The position numbers and the translations under genes were made by a program. Positions 56,461 to 64,000 of a stretch of DNA of 64,000 nt are shown piece by piece. The notes under the pieces were generated by a model. That model had not been told where the DNA came from, made no database searches, and was given only the letters and a program-made list of their open reading frames with translations. Source of the stretch: Candidatus Iainarchaeum sp. (GTDB lineage Archaea; Iainarchaeota; Iainarchaeia; Iainarchaeales; VGJJ01); NCBI GenBank assembly GCA_043803765.1, contig JAZDJQ010000004.1, positions 1 through 64,000 of the forward strand, written 5' to 3'. Each line of letters opens with the position of its first letter. Within the stretch, counting starts at the first letter, position 1.

Positions 56461-56549
56461 GCAAAAAGCCTAATTATTTGAACATTTGATGGGCTTTTTG
56501 CATCTAGCAAACCGTCCGGAAAAAGGTCAAAAATCAAAACGGTTTGCTA
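56461..56549. repeat. two adjacent inverted repeats (twin hairpins)
   Basis: GCAAAAAGCC/GGCTTTTTGC (56461-56501) and TAGCAAACCGT/ACGGTTTGCTA (56505-56549). Confidence 0.7.
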
Positions 56550-56582
56550 TATTAAGGAAAAGACGCTCAACGGAAGCAACGT

Positions 56583-57347
56583 ATGATTCCAAGAGAATAT
56601 GATTATTCAAAACTTTTTCCGGAAGAAGATTTGCGGAAAACATTCCAAAAAATATTCGACCAAAATGTTATCCGAGTCATTCACGGAATGGCATCACAAG
56701 GACACATCGACCACTTAGAATACACAATTGCAACAGGAAAAGAAGCCCATGTTTTTAGAGCAGTTGATATAGCAGGACATTTCCGAGCAGTAAAAATATA
56801 CAAATTAGAAACAAGCGACTTCAAAAGAATGGAAGATTATTTACGATTCGAACCACGATTCCAAAAAGTACGAAATGACCGAAGACAAATCGTTTTTGCA
56901 TGGACACAAAAAGAATTCTCCTCACTACAAAAACTACGAAACAAAAACGTCCCCGTTCCCATGCCCCTTGCGGCAAAAGAAAACGTATTAGTGATGGAAT
57001 TCATTGGAGAAAAAGGAAAAGCATCCCCCCAATTGAAAGACGCGCAAGTAAAAAACAAAAAAGCATTTTACGAAAAAACATGCGATGCCATCGCCAAAAT
57101 GCTGGACGCCCAACTTATTCATGGGGATCTAAGCGAGTACAATATTCTAGTAAAAAAGGACAAACCTGTTATCATCGACTGCGGACAAGTCATTCCTACT
57201 ATCCATCCAAACGCCAAAATGTATTACGAAAGGGATTTGAAAAACATGCTCAAAGTCTTTCATCGAGAAGGAATGAAAGAATTAACCTATGAAAAGCTGT
57301 ATGAGGATGTGAAAAAGAAAGTGAAAAGGAAAAATGGAGGAGAATAG
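56583..57347 (+). CDS. rio1: RIO1-family serine kinase
   Basis: TGKEAHVF, AVKIY, LVMEFIG, HGDLSEYNIL, IIDCGQ. Confidence 0.95.
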   Translation: MIPREYDYSKLFPEEDLRKTFQKIFDQNVIRVIHGMASQGHIDHLEYTIATGKEAHVFRAVDIAGHFRAVKIYKLETSDFKRMEDYLRFEPRFQKVRNDRRQIVFAWTQKEFSSLQKLRNKNVPVPMPLAAKENVLVMEFIGEKGKASPQLKDAQVKNKKAFYEKTCDAIAKMLDAQLIHGDLSEYNILVKKDKPVIIDCGQVIPTIHPNAKMYYERDLKNMLKVFHREGMKELTYEKLYEDVKKKVKRKNGGE

Positions 57348-57443
57348 TGTTTTCCGCTGAAAAGAAGGAGACACCCTTTTAACCCATTCGAACCCATTTT
57401 TAGTAGAAAACAGCCCGCAAAAGGGCGTGGAGCACCTCCCAGT

Positions 57444-57983
57444 ATGCACACCAGTATTGACGAATTCTCCATACCCAAAGAAAGGGTTGCCGTGATTATT
57501 GGACCCAATGGGAAGACCAAAAAAGCAATTGAAACAAAAACAGGAACCAAAATACACATCGATAGCAAGAATGGAGACGTGACGATTGAAGCAGAGGACG
57601 CAGCCAAAACACTCAAAGCAAGCAACATGGTACGGGCAATAGGAAGAGGTTTTTCACCCGAACATGCCATGAAACTGCTTGATGATGAATACTATTTGGA
57701 ATTCATTCACTTAACCGAACTATTAGGAAAAAACTGGAAGCAGATTCAAAGCAAAAAAGGACGAGTCATTGGAAAAGACGGGAGCATACGAGAAAAGATT
57801 GAAGTAGACACGAAGACGCATATTTCAGTATATGGAAAAACAATTGGGATTATAGGAAAGGCGGAAGGGGTGGAAAAAGCAAAGGAAGCAGTCACCATGC
57901 TCATAAAAGGAGCCGAGCATGCCAGCGTATTAAATTACTTACGGCAATCCCATACCCAAGAGGAAGAGTTCGAATTCAGGTGA
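57444..57983 (+). CDS. KH-domain rRNA processing protein Pno1/Dim2
   Basis: IIGPNG, AIGRGFSPE, GRVIGKDG, GAEH. Confidence 0.93.
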   Translation: MHTSIDEFSIPKERVAVIIGPNGKTKKAIETKTGTKIHIDSKNGDVTIEAEDAAKTLKASNMVRAIGRGFSPEHAMKLLDDEYYLEFIHLTELLGKNWKQIQSKKGRVIGKDGSIREKIEVDTKTHISVYGKTIGIIGKAEGVEKAKEAVTMLIKGAEHASVLNYLRQSHTQEEEFEFR

Positions 57984-57989
57984 AACGTT

Positions 57990-59723
57990 ATGACGAAAAC
58001 AAACGGGGTGCGTGAAAAGGAAATAGAAGATGACGAAGAAGACGTTACGGCTGACAGCCTAGCAAAAGAATTCAGGGAACATTCAGTAGCAGAATTCTTT
58101 AAAAAAAACAAACAAATGCTGGGATTAAGCGGAAAAACAAAAGCCCTCACCACGATTGTCCACGAATACGTGACCAATTCACTCGATGCATGCGAGAATG
58201 CAGACGTATTGCCTGATATTGATGTAGAAATCAAAGAATTGGGAAGCGAATATTATGAAGTCACCAGCATGGACAATGGACCCGGACTAACCGAAGAAAC
58301 AGTAGGAAAAGCATTTGGACAATTGCTAGCGGGAACAAAATTCCACCGCCTCATGCAAATGCGCGGACAACAAGGAATCGGGGCAGCAGGATGCACCATG
58401 CTATCCCAAATGACCACCGGAAAGGAAGCAAAGGTAATTACAGGAAACACAAATGAAGTATTTTCGTGCGACGTGAGCATCGACACAAAGCATAACCAGC
58501 CGAAAGTAACCAACGTACAAAAACTAAACAGAAAATTCAAAGGAACCATCGTCAAAGCACAATTCAAAGAAATGAAATACGTGAACAACGAACAAGGACC
58601 ATTAGAATACCTACGAAGAACAGCCATTGCCAACCCCCACGCCAAAATAACATTTACGGACCCAGCAGGACAAACAATAATATTCGAACGAACAATCAAA
58701 AAAATACCCGAACGACCGGAAGAAGTACAACCCCACCCGCGCGGGGTTACGGTAGATGAACTGCTCAACATGGCTAAGGCAACGGGAACAAAAAAAACAA
58801 ACTCATTCCTCAAAGCCGAACTAGACAGAATGGGAGATACCGCAATTAAGGAAATCGAAAAACAAGTATCGTTTGATTTAAACAAGGACCCGCATCAGTT
58901 ATCATGGAAAGAAATTGAAGAACTCGTCAAAGCATTCAAAAGCGTCAACTTCATTGCCCCACGAACTGACGTGTTGCGGCCAATTGGAGAAGAACAAATA
59001 GACAAATCACTACGCAGTATTGTGGAACCGGAATTCTTATCCGTGGTTACACGAAAACCGACAGTACGAGAAGGAGGATTCCCATTCCAAGTAGAGGCAG
59101 CAGTAGCCTATGGAGGAAACGCCGGACGAAGAGTAAATGAAGAAATGAGAATGGAAGCCATGCGCTTCGCCAACCGCGTACCACTATTATTCGATACAGG
59201 AGGATGCGGAATTACCGAAGCAATTAAAACAATTGATTGGAAAAGATACGGCATTAGGGAAGCGGAAACATCTCCCCTCACCATTTTTGTCAACCTTATA
59301 TCGGTACATATTCCATACACCGGAGCAGGAAAACAAGCCGTTTCAAACGAAACCGAAATCGTAGAAGAAATCAGACTAGCATTAATGGATGCGGGAAGGA
59401 GAACAGCACGATACATTATTGGAAAAGAAAGAGAAAAATTGAAACAAGAAAAGAAACGAATTTACATGAAATACGCAGTCGAAGTGGCTATTGCATTAGG
59501 AGAATTAACCGAACAACCACCCAAACCCATTGAACACAAACTACTTGATACGGTAGCCAAACGATTAAAGTTAGATGATGAACAGGAAAAGAAAATGGAA
59601 GAACAAAGCGACGAAGACTTGGAAGAAGAAATCAAACGACTGGAAAAAAAAGGTGAAAAAACAAAAGAGAAAAAAGAAAAGAAAGGAAAAAATGATGAAA
59701 ATGAAGAAACAGGTGACGAATAA
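57990..59723 (+). CDS. top6B: DNA topoisomerase VI subunit B
   Basis: SVAEFF, HEYVTNSLDA, DNGPG, RGQQGIG, RFANRVPLL. Confidence 0.97.
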   Translation: MTKTNGVREKEIEDDEEDVTADSLAKEFREHSVAEFFKKNKQMLGLSGKTKALTTIVHEYVTNSLDACENADVLPDIDVEIKELGSEYYEVTSMDNGPGLTEETVGKAFGQLLAGTKFHRLMQMRGQQGIGAAGCTMLSQMTTGKEAKVITGNTNEVFSCDVSIDTKHNQPKVTNVQKLNRKFKGTIVKAQFKEMKYVNNEQGPLEYLRRTAIANPHAKITFTDPAGQTIIFERTIKKIPERPEEVQPHPRGVTVDELLNMAKATGTKKTNSFLKAELDRMGDTAIKEIEKQVSFDLNKDPHQLSWKEIEELVKAFKSVNFIAPRTDVLRPIGEEQIDKSLRSIVEPEFLSVVTRKPTVREGGFPFQVEAAVAYGGNAGRRVNEEMRMEAMRFANRVPLLFDTGGCGITEAIKTIDWKRYGIREAETSPLTIFVNLISVHIPYTGAGKQAVSNETEIVEEIRLALMDAGRRTARYIIGKEREKLKQEKKRIYMKYAVEVAIALGELTEQPPKPIEHKLLDTVAKRLKLDDEQEKKMEEQSDEDLEEEIKRLEKKGEKTKEKKEKKGKNDENEETGDE

Positions 59724-60826
59724 TGGTAGACACAAAAACAAAAGATAAAGAAGTCATCAAAAAGCTCGAAACGATGGGAAAACAACTCGTAAAACAAATC
59801 AATCAAGGAGACAATCCCACGATTGAACTGCCGGTGCGCTCGCTTGGAAACATATACTACGATCAAAAATCACGCACCATTAAATTAGGGGACAAAATGT
59901 CCGAAAGACAATTCCTCAACATTGCCCACACACGCAAATTTATGCAAACCGCATTGGTTGCGAATGAAATAAAAAAAGTAATCCACGAAAATGCCACCGT
60001 ATCCATCCGTGACCTCTATTATGCACTAAAACATACTATCGAAGGAACACAAGAAAACACATTTGAGGACCAGGGCGAGAGCGACCCCCTCATTGAAGAC
60101 CTAGAAGCAAGCCTCAACCTGCTACGAGAAGAACTGCACCTCGCAGCATCCGCAAAAGGAATCATCGCGGGAAACATGGTTGTAAAGGATGGAAATGACA
60201 TTATTGACTTGCAAAAAATGGGGAGCGGAGGGTGGTCCGTTCCCTCCAATGTGGAAGAAGATAGGATTGAAATCAAAAAAATTGATGCATCGTATGTATT
60301 ATTCATCGAAAAAGATGCCGTATGGAGACGATTCAATGAAGACAAATTCTGGGAGAAAAATGACTGCATCATTATCACGGGAAGGGGACAGGCCGCACGA
60401 GGAGAAAGACGATTAGTGCAACGATTAAACAAGGAACATGGACTCCCTATCTACTCATTAATGGATGCCGATCCATGGGGAATGTACATCTACTCGGTTA
60501 TCAAGCAGGGAAGCATCTCCCTCTCATACTCGGAAGAAAAACTCGCAACGCCAGAAACAAAATACATCGGATTAAGCGTAGGAGACGTTGAAAAGTTCAA
60601 AATACCAAAAGAGGTCACCATCAAACTAAACCAATTAGACCTCAAAAGACTATCTGAATTACAAAACTATGAATGGTTCAAACACAAAAAATGGCAACAA
60701 GAATTCCAGCTCATGAAAGACAAAAACATCAAAATGGAACTTGAAGCCCTATCCAAAAAAGGAATACGATTCATCACGCAAGAATACTTGCCCAAAAAAA
60801 TCAAAGACGAAGACTTTTTACCGTGA
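59723..60826 (+). CDS. top6A: DNA topoisomerase VI subunit A
   Basis: IRDLYY, FIEKDA, DADPWG, ELEAL. Confidence 0.97.
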   Translation: MVDTKTKDKEVIKKLETMGKQLVKQINQGDNPTIELPVRSLGNIYYDQKSRTIKLGDKMSERQFLNIAHTRKFMQTALVANEIKKVIHENATVSIRDLYYALKHTIEGTQENTFEDQGESDPLIEDLEASLNLLREELHLAASAKGIIAGNMVVKDGNDIIDLQKMGSGGWSVPSNVEEDRIEIKKIDASYVLFIEKDAVWRRFNEDKFWEKNDCIIITGRGQAARGERRLVQRLNKEHGLPIYSLMDADPWGMYIYSVIKQGSISLSYSEEKLATPETKYIGLSVGDVEKFKIPKEVTIKLNQLDLKRLSELQNYEWFKHKKWQQEFQLMKDKNIKMELEALSKKGIRFITQEYLPKKIKDEDFLP

Positions 60827-60868
60827 AGCAGGAAATAGCTTTTTAATAGCCAAAATTATGAATGGGGC

Positions 60869-62239
60869 ATGCCCTCCAACATTCAATACGCTTTTTCCCC
60901 CAAGTCCGTGGCTATCATTGGAGCGTCCCGCAACCCGGGAAAAATAGGATACGTGGTGTTAGAGAATTTCGTGAAAGGAGTGTTTAGGGGAAAAGTGTTT
61001 CCCGTCAATCCCAATGCCGAAAAAATTTTGAATCTGAAAACATACCCAAGCGTTTCCTCAATCAAAGAAAAAATCGATTTGGCCATTATTGCCGTCCCCG
61101 GAGCATTCGTCCCAAACGTTATCGAGGAATGCGGAAAGAAAAAAGTCAAATCCGCAGTAATAATCTCTGCCGGGTTTTCAGAAATAGGAAACAAAGAACT
61201 CACAACCAAATTAGAGAAAGCACTCAAAAAGTTTCCCGACATGCCCTGCATCGGGCCCAATTGCTTAGGAATACTTGATACCCGTTCGGGCGTTGACACG
61301 TTGTTTTTACCACGGTATCGATTAATGCGACCGCAGAAGGGAAAAATATCATTCATCTCCCAATCAGGAGCACTCGGAAGCGCCGTATTAGATTGGGCAG
61401 GCAGTAAAGAATACGGAATCAACAAATTCATCTCATATGGAAACGCCATGAGCGTGAATGAAGCCGATTTATTAGAATATTTAGCAAACGACAATGGAAC
61501 AAAAGTAATCTGCGTTTATTTAGAAGGCGTACGGAATGGAAAACAATTCTTCCAAACAGCCAAAAAATATGCAAAAAAGAAGCCCATTATTATCATCAAA
61601 GGAGGAATGAGTGAAGCGGGAGGAAAAGCAACCGCATCCCACACAGGAAGTTTAGCAGGAAACACTAAAGTATTTGAAGGAGTCGTCCGGCAGACTGGAT
61701 TATTGTATGCAAGCAGTATGAGAGAAGTATTTGATTACGCACGCGTGCTCGAAACAGAACCAAAACCAAAAGGAAACAAAGTGCAAATCATCACGAATGG
61801 AGGGGGATATGGCGTGCTTACTGCCGATGCCATCTCCGAAGCAGGAATGACACTTGCCAAAATGCAGGAACAATACAAAAAAAACATTGAGAAGGCATCA
61901 CCGTCCTATGCAGTCATCAAAAACCCAATGGACTTGACAGGAGATGCGGATAATGCACGATTTTTAGTTGCCATTGAGAATGCAATGAAGGACACACAAG
62001 TGGATGCACTTATCGTGATATTATTATTCCAAGTCCCAACTCTCGATTCGGATATTATTGAAGAATTAAGCGAACAATTGACCAAAAGAAAGAAACCTGT
62101 ATTAGTTGTGAGCGCAGGAGGAGAATTTGCCAAAATGCACATGCGATTATTAGAAAAAGAAGGCATTCACACGTTTGAAGAGCCTATTGATGCAACAAAA
62201 GCATTGCATGCACTCACACAATTCCATACGAAAAAATAA
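60869..62239 (+). CDS. acdA: ADP-forming acetate--CoA ligase alpha subunit
   Basis: PKSVAIIGAS, GPNCLG, SQSGA, ASHTGSLAG, TNGGG, NPMDLTGD. Confidence 0.93.
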   Translation: MPSNIQYAFSPKSVAIIGASRNPGKIGYVVLENFVKGVFRGKVFPVNPNAEKILNLKTYPSVSSIKEKIDLAIIAVPGAFVPNVIEECGKKKVKSAVIISAGFSEIGNKELTTKLEKALKKFPDMPCIGPNCLGILDTRSGVDTLFLPRYRLMRPQKGKISFISQSGALGSAVLDWAGSKEYGINKFISYGNAMSVNEADLLEYLANDNGTKVICVYLEGVRNGKQFFQTAKKYAKKKPIIIIKGGMSEAGGKATASHTGSLAGNTKVFEGVVRQTGLLYASSMREVFDYARVLETEPKPKGNKVQIITNGGGYGVLTADAISEAGMTLAKMQEQYKKNIEKASPSYAVIKNPMDLTGDADNARFLVAIENAMKDTQVDALIVILLFQVPTLDSDIIEELSEQLTKRKKPVLVVSAGGEFAKMHMRLLEKEGIHTFEEPIDATKALHALTQFHTKK

Positions 62240-63523
62240 TCATACTTTTTTAGAAGCAGACGATTCCTCAGGAGAAGAAAAAATCAGTTCTCCTTTCTCC
62301 AATAATTGAATCGCTTTCTCCATATTCTCCTTGTCCTCAAGAAGAGCAAACAAACGCTTGGCATCCAACCGCTCCGAAAAGGAGGTTTGAGAAAGATTTT
62401 TTTCCAATAACGAAATGCCCATCTGAGCCATGGACACATTGCTACGGTGAAGAGAACGCAACTCATCTAATCGCACGGAAAATTCTCCAGAGTCAAACGA
62501 TTTAGCAGTAGAAAAAAGAGCCTGGTGGGAAAAACCATCCAAAATACGAGCAAAATCAACATCCGCTTGCGTGTACCCTTTTTCAAGAGTTCCCTTCAAC
62601 TTTAAACGATAAAGCGGAAGCAATTCATTTTCCGAATGACGCAAATCCTTTTCGACTAATGCGCGGGCAGACTTCATCACCTGCTTGGGAGTCGCATGCT
62701 TGAACTTCATGCAATGATAAAAAAGTTTGCGCTGTTTTGGAATAATATGAATCACCAATTCTTTTGTCTGCGTGTCATAAACATACCATCCTTTCTTTTT
62801 TTCGCCTTCCAATCGCTTCATTTGAGTAAAAACGGTAGAGCCGGGAATCAACAATTTTTTATCCTCCCATTCCGTGATGGAAGACCAGTGAAGATGACCA
62901 TTTACAAGCAAATCAAAACCCGCTGGAAGATCCGATAAGCCAATAGTAGCCGCCATATCATCCTTGCTCGGAAGGAATTCTTTGATGGATTGATGTAAAA
63001 CAAGCAAATTATGCACGCCGGGAATTGGTATTGGATTGTAAAGTTTCAATGCATCCAACGCCCTCTTTTCTGGAATACCGCTCATTCCGTGAATGGCTAC
63101 TTTTTCACCATCCTTTTCAATTAATACATGGGAAGCATGCAAGCATGCGAGAAAATTCCCCGTTTCTAATACCTGCAATGCATTCTTCAAATCCTTAGAA
63201 CGATATTCATGCGTTCCGGCAATGGCAATGACAGGAATTCCATGATAGTGAAAAGGAATCGTTTTTCCATCACGAGAAAAATGAGTAATTTTGACGGAAG
63301 AATTTTTACCATTTTGAATCAACCCAAATAATTCAAAACACTCATGCCAAACTTCCTGAGAAGGAATTTTATGGTCAAACAAATCACCAGGGAAAATAAT
63401 CACATCGGGAGATTGAGAAACAATTCCAACCAATGCCTGTTTAAGATTGAAAAACGCATCCTCTTCCCGGGGAGTGCCGCGAGCAAAACCAAGATGGGTA
63501 TCGGAGACAATAGCAAGACGCAT
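62240..63523 (-). CDS. mre11: Mre11 DNA repair exonuclease
   Basis: SDTHLG, GDLFD, GTHE, HQ, GHLH, PGS. Confidence 0.9.
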   Translation of the reverse strand: MRLAIVSDTHLGFARGTPREEDAFFNLKQALVGIVSQSPDVIIFPGDLFDHKIPSQEVWHECFELFGLIQNGKNSSVKITHFSRDGKTIPFHYHGIPVIAIAGTHEYRSKDLKNALQVLETGNFLACLHASHVLIEKDGEKVAIHGMSGIPEKRALDALKLYNPIPIPGVHNLLVLHQSIKEFLPSKDDMAATIGLSDLPAGFDLLVNGHLHWSSITEWEDKKLLIPGSTVFTQMKRLEGEKKKGWYVYDTQTKELVIHIIPKQRKLFYHCMKFKHATPKQVMKSARALVEKDLRHSENELLPLYRLKLKGTLEKGYTQADVDFARILDGFSHQALFSTAKSFDSGEFSVRLDELRSLHRSNVSMAQMGISLLEKNLSQTSFSERLDAKRLFALLEDKENMEKAIQLLEKGELIFSSPEESSASKKV

Positions 63524-63608
63524 GGAAAGAATAAAGGGAAACAAGGGATTTAAGGGTTAAGGAAGCAAGTGCCAAACCAATATATACAAGGTTTGGTGAA
63601 AGAGTAGC

Positions 63609-64000
63609 GTGAAGTACTATACTGTAGGGTTTGTCTTTGACCCTGGATTAGAGAATGTGTTATTGATTCATAAGAATCGGCCCGACTGGCAGAAAGGAAA
63701 ATTGAATGGACCGGGAGGAAAAGTGTATGACAATGAAAGCCCATTCGTAGGAATTGCACGTGAAATTAGAGAAGAAACAGGATTAGATATCCCGCCAGAA
63801 AAATGGATGCCTGTTGCGGAAATCGTTGAGCGCACTTATCGATGCCAATTCTTTGGATGCGTAGATGAAAAAGCAAAAGAATATGCACATACAACAACGG
63901 ATGAAATAGTAGAGTGGTGCCAAATTGATAAACTGCCGACAAATATTTTACCAAGCCTCACGTGGCTGATACCATTATGCAAAGACAAAATAAAAAATGA
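63609..64000 (+). CDS. NUDIX hydrolase, truncated by the window end (absent from the ORF track)
   Basis: Hand translation from GTG: MKYYTVGFVFD..KNRPDWQKGKLNGPGGKVYDNESPFVGIAREIREETGL. Confidence 0.88.
   Translation, partial: MKYYTVGFVFDPGLENVLLIHKNRPDWQKGKLNGPGGKVYDNESPFVGIAREIREETGLDIPPEKWMPVAEIVERTYRCQFFGCVDEKAKEYAHTTTDEIVEWCQIDKLPTNILPSLTWLIPLCKDKIKN

Noticed and set aside
7960-62239. acdB and acdA lying about 52 kb apart
   Set aside because: Unlinked ACD subunit genes are already known in archaea.
63550-63954. Two short minus-strand ORFs at the window end
   Set aside because: Mostly antisense shadows of the plus-strand NUDIX gene starting at 63609.
1-64000. CRISPR array, rRNA, tRNA introns, provirus
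   Set aside because: No regularly spaced repeats, rRNA motifs, tRNA introns, integrase or capsid genes seen by eye.

Overview
Archaeal chromosomal segment. Gene content and short intergenic spacers point to a DPANN lineage, possibly Iainarchaeota/Diapherotrites; this taxonomy is inferred. It carries core information-processing genes: fibrillarin/Nop5, GlyRS, MetRS, NMD3, the exosome-proteasome-RNase P superoperon, aIF5A, aIF2-beta, aIF1A, Rio1, Pno1, topoisomerase VI A/B, Mre11, an intein-containing MCM and four intronless tRNAs. Accessory content includes a tnpA-only IS200/IS605 element, a RelE-like and an AbiE-like toxin-antitoxin module, and a ~9 kb cluster (15.9-24.9 kb) that mixes signalling genes (FIST, Roadblock, KaiC, V4R, wHTH, an unannotated RHH) with isoprenoid enzymes (two geranylgeranyl reductases, a polyprenyl synthase) and an Asp-motif membrane protein. 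Most notable: (i) that signalling/isoprenoid cluster, with a shared promoter motif (TCAAC-N6-GTTGA at a fixed distance from a TATA-like box) found at 10.9 kb and 22.7 kb; (ii) a bacterial sigma-70-like gene with an Arg-rich N-terminus; (iii) a ~130-nt structured RNA upstream of the beta-CASP ribonuclease; (iv) a long RG/RGG-rich tail on exosome subunit Rrp4. No CRISPR array or rRNA was seen. All assignments come from reading motifs by eye; no searches were run.
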